DNA of 64,000 nucleotides from Botryllus schlosseri (Eukaryota): NCBI GenBank assembly GCA_051294905.1, contig CM119377.1, positions 9,860,001 to 9,924,000 of the forward strand, read 5' to 3'. Shown piece by piece: positions 52,733 to 64,000 of this stretch (position 1 is its first letter; each line of letters starts with the position of its first letter). The notes under the pieces were generated by a model. It saw only the letters and a program-made list of their open reading frames with translations, ran no database searches and was not told where the DNA came from. The position numbers and the translations under genes were made by a program.

Positions 52733-55700
52733 GTGCGTACAATGATATTCAGGATAGTTTAGGTGACTCGTCTAGAACGGTAAAGTCGCATCCGGCCGTT
52801 CCAAATATTGTGTTAAGAATATTTTGCTCTTTCCCTCAACTTACACTTGTGACTTGTGAGCAAGTATTTTCAAGAATGTGCATTCTGCATTGTGCATGAT
52901 GAACAACAAATTTCGTGCCAGACGTTCTGTTGAACAATATTTACCCATGGCCATATCCCTCTCCATAATACTTCCCAAAATAGATTTAATCGTGTCGTAT
53001 CGTCAAGCTGATCAATCAACGTGGATGATGTTTGAAAGTGTAAATTCATAGTTTGTCGTATTTTGTCTTTTCTCTTGCCTACACTTATGTGAGATTATTT
53101 TTAAATGGTACGCCATACATGCATATAAAGTGAAGGGGTACGCAGCTAAAAAAAGTTAGAAAACCCCTGATTCAAACCGTTTGAATTCGAACATATCATA
53201 ACAACTGCAATACAAGTATAGAAAAGAGGGAGTCAAAATGACTTGGTGAGGTCTGAGGCGGGGTAGCATTGCGGTAGTTGCGACAGCTGCTACACCTATT
53301 TCCAGTCCTACCGAGGTCCACTCCAGAATCCGACCTCCCCACCGCCATGTATGTGAGTCGCGTAAGCGGGATTTTATAGAAGCCTATTGAACAGAGGTTT
53401 TTAACCCTTTGACAACGCGGACCCCATTAGGTTTTAGTTCAAATTTAGCTCAATGATCATCAACTAACCGTCATCTGTCTAGTGCAAAGTTTAACTTTAG
53501 GCTAGTGTAAACCTCACAATTTGTTCCTGTCTTGAATATTGCATCATATTAGAAGCAAGTAATAAAATACGTGGTTGTTATTTAGAAACCAGCAACTAAG
53601 ATTTTACATGAATGACTACCGAAAATCAACGTTGACAAATAAATGTTTAGGCGAAAGTAATAATACCGCGTAGCACTTCCAACGACCCCTTCAGATATTA
53701 TCGCAAATGACGCATGCACCAAAATGAAAAATAAAAATATTTTTTCAATTCACATATCACGTCCAGCCTATCCAACATCTCTTATTCAACCTCTCCTGGA
53801 ATATAGGGGTTATGTCTATAACACCAGAAAATAGACTCCATGCCAAGGTTTCAACCCCTTTAGAGGTATACTTGGAATACCTTTGAATTCGTTCTATAAG
53901 ATCTACATTTTACAACTACCTATTTCAGTACTTCTCAGGCTTCCATATTCTACTTCCATATGTCGCAGCTTTGCAATTGGGTAGAAATGTACAACGTGAT
54001 GATTTAACCAAGCTTTATCGGACGGGTATTCGTCCATGACAATAGCCTGCAGAAATTCTCTTGCCGATTTTCAGAAACGGCCATGAGCGGCGTAGATATA
54101 ATAAATATCCGTTATTTCAGCATTGTAATACATAAATTGAGGAGAAATATTCAAATTACTATAAAAACAAATTTACAACCGTCTCTGATTGTCTACTATA
54201 TTTTCGTGGGATTTTCAGGGGTTGTGGCATACTGTAATGAAATAGAATAGTGGTTGTTCAACTTTTTAGACCGCGACTAAAATCTGAGTTTTATTGGCAT
54301 CTTGCAACCCAAGCCTCACTCATCGACTTGAATGTAATTTCATTGTCAGTATGAAGTAGAGAAGATGCAGAAAATAAGTTGTAGACTACGCGACGCAATT
54401 TTGTGAAATGTGTGTGACGCACGTGCGTGACGCACGTGATTTCAAATCGGGGTGCATCATTTTTCTTTGCAGACCGCATTTGTACTGCAGTGCTTACAAT
54501 GAAAAGACGAGATTATTCGATGCTGACATTTCAAAGTCCGGACGGCGATTGCCATTTCGGGCCAAGATTTTATCGCTGCAGATCGTTTTGGCACCGCACT
54601 TTGTCCATGGTGGCTTAATGTATTCAAGTGTCTCGGCGCGGAAAGCGTCGACCCAGAAACACCTGTATCTAATAGTAGCACACGCGCCCGTTGCACATCA
54701 CTAGACTAAAGCACCGCAATGATCGCCGGTGGCGTTAAATGATACATGGAATATACCGTTCTTTCACAATTGCCCATAAACTTAGACTCATTTCCGTCAA
54801 TTATGCGTAATCAAAAAATATGGGATGCGGCAGTTACGGCCCCACTCTCCCCTTCTAGGCTACCCCTACCCAATCATAATTAACCGCACATGGTTGAGCT
54901 TTCCAGGGAAACCAATGTCACATGGATACCATGACATCAAACCAATTCGTGTAATAGCCTACAAAGATCAAGTCATATTGTCTTAACCCCTTTTCTGTGT
55001 GTCGCGCGTATTGGCCACGGCACCCAACACAGCCTCCTTGGAGGAAAGAGTAAACCTTCCACAGGAGATCATCTAATCCTACATCGGCCTACATGCAAAA
55101 TACCATATTCGCGCGCATTACGCGAAACAGAAAGTAATTCATATGCGTTATTGTTTCAGAAACCATGATGTCTTAAATAGCCTGCAATGGTCATTTTACT
55201 CCAGACTGATTTTTTTTTATGATACCAAGGATACCGACATTCAGCACTGCCCACATTCATTCTTGACTTTTGTACGACACCACTTACGCGGATCACGTAT
55301 GAATTAACCTTGTAGTATTTGGTAATTTCGACCAATACTTCGGATTGCTGACCGGTGTAGCGGTCTGAGCGTCGCAAAATCCTTCCGACGGCCAATATGT
55401 GGCCTTGACGACGCCTATACGGTTGTTTGCATTGGGGAGATTGGGATCTTAGTGTTTTGATCGTTCGTCAATACTTAGCCCGATTATAAGATTAAAAGAA
55501 TTTTATGAGCCAGCAAGCCCGTTTGCATCCTAGCCCATGACGTAAAATGAGATTTGCAGTTTGACAATTGATGTCTACTAACCGATGACAGTAGCTGCTT
55601 TCGCGATGAAATCACAATGCCACACATAAAAGAAGAAAGACAAAGAGAGAGAGAGAGAGAGAGGCTTGCTGTATTTTTTAACCCACCGAAATATATAACA

Positions 55701-57594
55701 AACGAGCGGCAACGATAATAATGCAATAATGCAAACACAGTATTCGGTATCAGATAGGGCAGGGCTCGGAACCTATAGGTCCCGAGCCATATTTGTCTGT
55801 TTTGATGATATGATATGGCTCTCTTATAGATTTTGGATTTGACACATAATTTTCATCTTATTTATCAATATTGCTGCATCGTTTTGTAAATTTTCAAAAT
55901 TGCCGGAATCAATATTCTTGTGGTATCTGAGACAAGTCTTCGTGAGGTCAATACAGCGGCGTATGCACAGGGGTTTTAGCGGCTCAGAATTTCAAAATCC
56001 GAAAACGTTTATCAAAAATTGCATGCTGATAACTGCTCATTTATCAGTCCAATTGCTTTTATAATAGGATATATACGGTATCTTCCAGTTATTGAATGGT
56101 CTACATTGGACAAATCTAATCCAATAGATTCGATACGAAGTTCCTAAATTGTATATTATGTTTCGCTTTACCCTGTAGCTTACCACTACCGCTCACGTGA
56201 TTATTTGGTTTGCTTAATACCCTCGTTGATTCGGGTGGTAGCTCTTTGTGTGTAGCAAGTCGTTGTTGCGCAGTCGATGTTAGTCGCCGTCCGACAAGCA
56301 TCGTCGTGATTTTAGTTATTTTAATAAAAGAGTTACGCGTCTACTTTATCTATGCGTAGTCCGCAGACCCATAGAAGAACGCACACCGACAAATACAACA
56401 CGCCATACCCAACGTTGAACGCTTTGAAATCAATCCTGTATTGCACAACACGTTGACCAATCACGAGAAGAGCAAACGTGGCGACGCCTGTATGATCATG
56501 CAGATTTCAAATCCACATTTCTTTCCAAATCATACCGGCGAGAAATGAACTCATTATTGGAAGTGACATTCCCAATTACAAATTTACCTACAACAGACAT
56601 CATGGTCCGACATGTAGCCTACACATTCCCGATTGTTCGGTGTTGGATGTAGTTGTAGCGCAACGTCATATTACCACTGAAGAATTTTGAGAATTGAGTA
56701 GTAAAGTTAGCCAAATGATCAGTTGAGAATATTCTTCATCTCTGAAGTTCTTTCCCGACTAATTGAAACGGGTTTAACCGTGCGTGACTGCCGTTAACAC
56801 AACTACTCTCGCGCACGTTATAGGTGGGTCCCTTGGAAATCCGGGCTTGCTGGAAGAAAGAGTGTTTCTGAAGTAAAAACAGTAAATTATCATATTTACT
56901 CTTGTTTATAAGGGTTGCTTTTGCTTTAAATTGCCTTACATTTCTAAACATATCACATGAGCCATATGCGATGACGCGTCACATCGATATCACAGCGATT
57001 TTTCACTGAATTGGTGCTTTTCGTGAAAATCTTTTGGATTTTAAACCCAAGTCCCCTGCGTACGGCACTGCACAATGCACATGTCCTGAAACAACGATTT
57101 TCACAATTCCGCTACTTATTGCATACAACCAATTATGGCGTGTCATCATCATATGTATAAGTTTTGTTAGTTTCGTGTGTTTTAACCTCCTGTGAAACCC
57201 CTGAAAATAGTTCGTGGAACGCCTGGTGTTCCGTGGAGCACAGGATAAGGACCCCTGGTTCAGGGTTACAAAGCTACAATTTTGCAAAATCGTGAAAGGG
57301 ATACACAAAAAAGCAAGCGGGCGACAGGTTACCCAGCTGAAGCGTATTGTACTCCAGATATACAGAAAGTCGGCATCATCAATCTGCATTTACACATACA
57401 ATGCCGATTTCCCATATGCTCCACAATGCATACTGGAAGGTATACGAGGTGAGACCCGGCGCGCGTCTTCGAACTGAGAGAGCGGAAATGAAAGCAGAAG
57501 GCGCAATTGCTATTGTGCAGCTGCGTAACCTGATCGTGCAACATGACAAACGTGACAAAAACTTACCACTTCGAAAAAATACGACGCCGACACA

Positions 57595-57601
57595 TATAAA
57601 A
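57595..57601 (+). promoter_or_regulatory. Candidate TATA box, gene 3
   Basis: TATAAAA about 100 nt upstream of ATG 57696. Confidence 0.45.
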
Positions 57602-57695
57602 TGTCCGGACGAAAACTTTTTCGTCTTCAAATTACCATAGCCTGACATGATCTACAACATATCTACCGATTAGGATACAGGGGTGTGGCCGAAGT

Positions 57696-57823
57696 ATGAA
57701 GAGGACTATACTAATTTTTGTCACTTTAGCTGTCATTTTGTTGTTGCTTTTGGATAAGGGACTGGCTACGGAAAAAAGATCTATTCAATATAGAATTCGA
57801 GGGGGGAAAGACGCACATAGCAG
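57696..57823 (+). CDS. Peptide-precursor gene 3, exon 1: MKRTILIFVTLAVILLLLLDKGLATEKRSIQYRIRGGKDAHS(R)
   Basis: Classic signal peptide (MKR + hydrophobic core + GLA); donor CAG|GTAAAT in phase 2 joins in frame to 58710; TATAAAA about 100 nt upstream. Confidence 0.85.
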
Positions 57824-58709
57824 GTAAATAGCACATCTCCATACAATAACTTGCGATTATGTGTAAGATTTACAATATACTTATAATCCTAAATATTCCT
57901 ATACTAGACCTATATCATATGTCCTCTCTTAGGAGGATTTATCCTCCTTTCTGAAGGAAAATGAATGTTTCTCAGAGGACGCTCAAAAACGCCCAACTGT
58001 CCTATTTTTTCGCATTTCGAATTAGTTAGTTACTTATAATTGCATCAAGACTTTTAGGTGAGACGTGTATTTATTTCGAAATATTACTGTAGCCCTAAAA
58101 CATGCTGAATTGCTGGTTTTACAAAGGTCTCCCAGCAAATTTCCCAAACAGCCCTAGCTTCTTAATATAGTTGTCGCAAACATTGATCGGCGTTCTCTGT
58201 AACGTCTGCGCCTCTTACCTGCGAGGATCTGCCGCAATTGTCCTGACACAAGTTCGAACTCAACAGACCAGTTTCGAGCATCTTGAGGGTTGCATATATT
58301 TTTAATGTTGTGTAAACAACTTGACGAACTCGTTAAAAACGATAATTCCCTATTGACAAAAGTTAAGGTAACCGCAAAGTCTTCGTTGGCTGAGACTGAG
58401 AAATAAATTCGATTTGTTGTTTTTGTAACCTACACTCTGCTTCGTTTTTGTTACTTTTCCTGCAAGTACCAAATAATCATAAAACATAAAAATCAAACGC
58501 AACAATTCAACTTTCATTTTACTTGCCTGCAAGAAATGTCTCCTTTTTGGGTGCTGGAAATATGACAGGCCTATTTCATATATTGTTTGAAATGTATTCC
58601 GGCAATGCGCCCTTGTTCGAACATCTCACGAATACAACGTATCCTTTGTGCGGGAGTGCGGCGATGTATGAGCAGTTCGGGTGTGTGATATTTTTTGCAA
58701 CATTCGCAG

Positions 58710-58846
58710 GTTCATCAGCAGAATCGTAAACGGATGCCACCCTGTCTTCCGAGCCATTTGCAACAGGGTTATGAAAAAATGCTTCTCCAGTACCTGGCGC
58801 GGCAAACGCAGCATTGAGAATAGAAAAGACAGCTTCGAATCACAAA
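58710..58846 (+). CDS. Peptide-precursor gene 3, exon 2: FISRIVNGCHPVFRAICNRVMKKCFSSTWRGKRSIENRKDSFESQ
   Basis: TTCGCAG| acceptor, A|GTAAGT donor, 137 nt; same Cys spacing and STWRGKRSI as genes 1/2 although I cannot align the flanking DNA. Confidence 0.9.
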
Positions 58847-60738
58847 GTAAGTGTAATCGCGAAAAAAGTCAGCCGATTTAAAATAGCGCTTCCGATATGA
58901 GAAATCATGTCAAGCAATTGGTCGAATGGTGTTTATAAAACATATCTAAGAGACTCAAGGAGATGTATAATCGTGGCAATTACTCCAACACCTTTCAATG
59001 CGGCTTGGCAAAATTGAATGATTCGATTCTGAATGAAGTAGGCCTATTGATGTTCGACTATTCATAATTATTTAAATATTATTAAATGTGATATTTTTCG
59101 TACCAGGCCTGAATTGCTACAATAGCAAATCGTGTTTGCAGGATGCAAGTCTACAAAGTCGGCTCACTTTCAATCGTAAAATTTCATCCCGTTAAAACAG
59201 GCCTATTAATGCGATGCAGATCGACGGATTCCCTATAGTCCGACTACGATCCTGTTTCTTTAAAATGGAATCCGGCTCCGATCCGACCTCGGGCGTATTA
59301 CAAAAAGTGTGAATCCGGCTCAAATCCGGCTATGGTCAACAATAATGAAAAACTCCTGCCAATATCAAACCAGCATGATCTGGTTAAATCCTACATTTTA
59401 CTCCTTACTACTCCCGATGTACCAGCAAGGAAACCGTCTCTGATCAGGCTCCGGCATTATCAGCAATAGTTTGTATCCGGATTCGACCAAAATCGGTCGC
59501 TACTGATGTTGCGGCCAGCGGCGCCATGAAAATCTAGGAAATTTGCCCGTGAGCACATTTGAGTCTGAGACCCCTGTTCTACACCAAGGTTTGATTGGAA
59601 GTCTATTCTAAATAGATTCTATTCCGTCCAATCTTATTAATTTTATCGCGCTGTTGTGGTGATTGGAAAGGATGGAATTATTGTTAAACAGAACTGAACT
59701 AACTGATCTCTAAAATGTGATATCGAAAATTGCGAGATCACGAATTAATGATGCTGTTCACGTCTCGTTACATGATGATACCGTTTTTGCGTTGACTGTT
59801 CTTTGCTCCTCCTGCTTCATCTTCATTACAAATATTCTCAACTCCATTGGGGCCCATATCTATTCACTCTCATTCGATTATTCACAACGGTTATCATGGT
59901 CCTTGAGGCACCAATGAGTTTTATTATAAATTAATATTCACCAATCAATCACTCTCACTTACAGATAAATAGATAAAGGTATGTCATATCCCATTTTAGA
60001 AGACAACGCAGATAAGTGCATTACAATTTTTCATCTTCCAGTTTTCCTGCAGGTGCCTGTCATGCACGCAATATGCATTTGCGATGGACTCGGTCCTAGT
60101 GAACTTTCAATATTGGCAGAAACTAGATCTCAGATACAATTTAACAATTACATTCATGATTCAGTCATGCATGTTTCCGTTATCGCGGCGTATATTTAGG
60201 TGTCGGTTTACTTGCTTACACGGAGTATAATGTTCTTGGCGGCGAGAAAATAATGTTTCAAGGTCACTTCATTGTACAAAACAACGTTCAGGGTCAGATC
60301 ATTGTGAATGATTCATTGTTCTCTCGGTTTCAACGAGTGTGCAAAACAATACTCAGATTCGAGGGTGTACAGTGTACAGGATTGCACCCAAGGGCGCATC
60401 AATCATAGTTTACCAACGTTTTAACCTCGCGGGAGTGGATTTACTATTTTCTGAATGTCGCACGACGACTGTAAATTATTAGCAATTCCATGTCCAAATC
60501 CTAATCTAGCTTCGGAACATCGTAAATCCAGTCCGAATCTCCGAATCTGATTTTTCTCTAATCCAAATCCAAATCATACCGGATATCACTTCCATGACTG
60601 GTCGCAGTGTGATTTAGCGGTAATCACGTATCTTCACTATTTTATCATTTGTGAATTAAAACAGCAACACACCAATAAAGTAGATTGCCATAACTGCGAG
60701 GCATGAACATAAGCTTACATACATATAATTTATTACAG

Positions 60739-60851
60739 ATAGCGCTACACTTTGGAACGCAAGAATCCGCAGATCAACCGGAGCTCGCATAGTGCGTTGG
60801 GCGCGTTGGCGTCCAAACTGCAGAAGCTGCATCCAGTGCGCGCATTCCTGA
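60739..60851 (+). CDS. Peptide-precursor gene 3, exon 3: (N)SATLWNARIRRSTGARIVRWARWRPNCRSCIQCAHS*
   Basis: TTTATTACAG| acceptor in phase 1; RIRR|S site; RP-x-C-x2-C-x2-C matches the last exon of genes 1/2. Confidence 0.85.
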
Positions 60852-61109
60852 AACATATGTTTCCCTTTGAGACGGTGCGGGCATTTTAGACCATAGCCCG
60901 AATCTCGTAGACGCATGTGCTTATAAGTCTCTGAAACACCTATACGAATCCACTGTGTCTTATTTTGTGGTATTTCAAATATATATCGGGGTCAAGAAAA
61001 ATCTTCGACAAGTTTGGATGTACAATGTACATTGTACATACAATCAACGCATTCGCCACGGGCGTTGAGTCAGGGTAAGCAAGTGAGGAAGTGCCTTACC
61101 CGTTGCCAG

Positions 61110-61635
61110 TAGGGTTGCATTTAAAACAAATGGTTGCTTAAAACACTGTTTAAATCAGGTTTGAAGCAAAGTATCTTAAACAACCATCTGTTGTAGAGGC
61201 CTCTAAACAAATTGCGGTTTTTTAAGTTGTATAATTATGTCATAATTGTGTAAATACTTCCCAAAAACATGTTGTATGAGCCTACGGACGACGATTACCA
61301 CCCGATGTATCCGACGTATACGATATGGGATGGTTGGAACCCTCGAAATAGTAGATTCAACATCCATAGTACGTAGTTATAGATCATTGGTACGGAATGA
61401 ATGTTCTGATGATGATAACCGCCGACCGTGAAAATGCTGCGAGGTGATATAGTCCTGGTTAAAGATATTTTGGATCGGTATACAACAGGGGTTAGAACTC
61501 CTTTTCGTCAAAGGAGCTGTATTTAGCCTACATTTTCAATTGTGAACTTCAATCAACTATGGCGTCACAATTAATTATGCGTGACGTCATGGCTTTAAGA
61601 AATTACACAAGGGCCTTGTTTTAAACACAACCCTA
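61110..61635. mobile_element. hAT-like MITE (TAGGGTTG termini)
   Basis: TAGGGTTG..CAACCCTA; TSD GTTGCCAG/GTCGCCAA; relative near 12850. Confidence 0.7.
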
Positions 61636-62874
61636 GTCGCCAAGATAAGTAAACGAACATAATAAAAATATTTAATGATCAATGGTATTTATCGACTGAT
61701 GCTCATGATCGTGAGTAATTTTAAATTTTATTATACCCAGAATTACGCATTTTGCAAATATGTTTGCTCACAAAATATATAGGGGGAAGGGGAGGTGCTG
61801 AGGCAGAGACGAGACAAACCTCCCCCGTGATAGCGATCTTTATTCGGAAGTTATTATAACTGGTATCAATCGACTGATGCTGTGACTCTGATTCGGAAAA
61901 TACGAATAGTAATGCTATCAGAGAACTAGAACTCTCTCAAATTTACCGGTCCGCGAGTGAAAAAATAAGGTTGAGAACCACTGGTCTACATAATAATGGC
62001 CTCATGGAATTGTAATTTCGCAAAAGTAATGTGAATGGATTTTCGCAGAAGATTTAGCCTACTTGCGGCGCCGATGATTCAAGCGTCTCGCACGTGCAAT
62101 TCGCCGAATTAACTGCAGCACGCGAATCCGCGCATACTCTGGTGTAGTCTTCTAATATCATATCATTGATCATGATCACATAGCGTGGACGGTAGTTCAC
62201 GGTTAGAGCAATCCACCCGGAAAGACCAACCTGTGATGTGTCTTGCAAATAATGCTGTAAAATGGTAAAACTGTAAGACAAGACAGTGACAAATCGCATA
62301 TACGGTAGGCTACTAGCGACCCTAAACAGGTTACGTCCGAGGTAGTGGTATCGCATTGCAGTTCCCGGAGTTCATAGGAAAGAATGGCAATCACGAGTGA
62401 TTTGATTCTGAATCGAGTACGAGGCGTCGAGTCGATGACCCTATAGTATCGTTCATTATAACGTCAGATCAGTATGAATGGTGTGGGTTGTTCAAATTGA
62501 TAAACAAATCTTTAATAAACATGTAACGTTAAGCCAAGTCATTTCTATCTATAGCAGCTCATCTTGAAGTGTGCTGGAATAACGGTTATGTTTATAACAG
62601 GAGAAAATGGACTTTTACATACAAGTTTTTTTCAAAACCACGATAAAAACATAGCAATATGTTGGTATCAGTAGGTTATTGACGATTTGGCAATTAAATG
62701 AGATTGCTCAGTAGAATATTTCATCTCAGACGGTCATGTCATGTGAGTTATGAAGCGAAACTGCTGCGTGATTTCTCTAACTAAAAAATGCAAATCAGGT
62801 TATCGATCATTTTGCAAATTTGGAGGTTTCGCAGAACCTCTGAAAATGCTCCGTGGAGCCCCGGTTGTGAACCA

Positions 62875-63614
62875 CTAGATTATTTGGATGCTGCGATACG
62901 ATCAATAGAGGTTTACAACATTCTCCTGTAGAAAATAGTATTGAAACTATAATTTTCGTTGATAAATTAAATCTTAGTGGCAAGCAGAGTGTAAATTTGG
63001 TGCTCGACGAAATAATCTCTCACTGCTCGATCTGAATTAAGCCGAGTCATTTTCAAGTGACCATCGAGTCAGGCCAGAGTTCAAGGATTTCAAGTCGGGG
63101 TCCTGAGATTCGAGTTCGAGTCCAATTAATAGTGTTCATTGTTCAGTGATACTAGTCATATTCAATCAATTTTGACAACTTGGCTTATGCTTCTTCTTCA
63201 AATCATGTTTAATAAATCAGAATAAAGATGGTTTCTACAGCCCCGTTTTTCACGTAATGGTGCTGGCAGACCAGATACGAATAATGGGGTAACTTTACTT
63301 TTCTTTGAAGTTCGAATGTCAATGCCGTCTGTGATGCCACGCTTTATACCACTCTATCAGTCGATTTACTAATCGCAGAAAACAACAATGCAATAGCCAA
63401 TACAAATTCACTATATCGCCTATCGCAGGGGTGATATCGATTTGGGCTTGCGTTGTGCGTTGTTGTGAAATCATGCTTGTTTGAGGCTCCAACGTGCCCG
63501 AAGGTTGTACACTAAGATTTAATTTATCAACGAAAATTATAATTTCAATACTATTTTCCACAGCAGAATGTTGTAAACCTCTATTGGTCGTATCGTAGTA
63601 TCCAAAGGATCTAG
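62875..63614. repeat. Inverted repeat with ~105-bp arms (62875-62979 and 63510-63614)
   Basis: The arms are near reverse complements (..ATAATTTTCGTTGATAAATTAAATCTTAGTG). Confidence 0.8.
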
Positions 63615-64000
63615 CGGAAGGTTGTACATGTACATTTTGTACAATGACTTGTGTCCGACAATTAAGTATAGTGCTTGCATTGTATATATATATAGGTAAT
63701 TAACCGGTAGTCGTGATTCGTCATGGCATGACGTGCATATGCTGCTGGACAAGGAGTGTGCAGAAAAAACCTTGTAAAGCTTTCAAGGCCTTGTACCACC
63801 CATCCAACACTCCGTGCAAACTACAAATCCAGATACGCTGATACCAATTTACTGGTCGGATCATTGGTCTGACCAGGCCGGGGACTCGAGTACAAGTCTA
63901 CTCAATACACAACGTGACTCGAGTCGAGTCGAGTAATTTCCTTATTTAGGAATATGACTTGATTAAATTCTAGCCAAGTCACTGACAATTGTTACATGAA

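Larger units (their letters stand above)
48812..53169. mobile_element. hAT-type MITE shell containing LINE insertions
   Basis: CAGGGGTTCTCAAACT..AGTTAGAAAACCCCTG termini with GGGGTACG subterminal motifs; TSD unclear. Confidence 0.6.

Noticed and set aside
57358..57448. Alternative upstream exon for gene 3 (AG..GTGAG, phase-compatible)
   Set aside because: No counterpart seen in genes 1/2; 57696-57823 supplies an ATG, a signal peptide and an alignable IR motif.

Overview
Repeat-rich, AT-rich eukaryotic (animal, probably invertebrate) genomic DNA with spliceosomal introns; the long-ORF track is mostly noise. The main result is a cluster of three paralogous 3-exon genes on the + strand (gene 1 14318-16599, gene 2 29359-31801, gene 3 57696-60851). 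All three have the same intron phases (2, then 1) and a 137-nt middle exon. Each encodes a 116-125 aa secreted precursor: signal peptide, short pro-piece, a cationic 3-Cys peptide ending STWR-GKR (amidation site), a variable spacer ending R-x-K/R-R, and a cationic 3-Cys C-terminal peptide (RP-x-C-x2-C-x2-C). This suggests a two-chain, disulfide-linked peptide that I cannot assign to any family I recognise. Genes 1 and 2 lie in a ~15-kb tandem segmental duplication whose copies carry different transposon insertions. Much of the rest is nested transposons: hAT-type MITEs with 8-bp TSDs, a tRNA-derived SINE family, CR1/L2-like LINE fragments, a piggyBac-like element, a foldback element, and an EnSpm/CACTA-like element with a decayed spliced SAMD3-like gene. 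Gene models were built by eye and need transcript confirmation.
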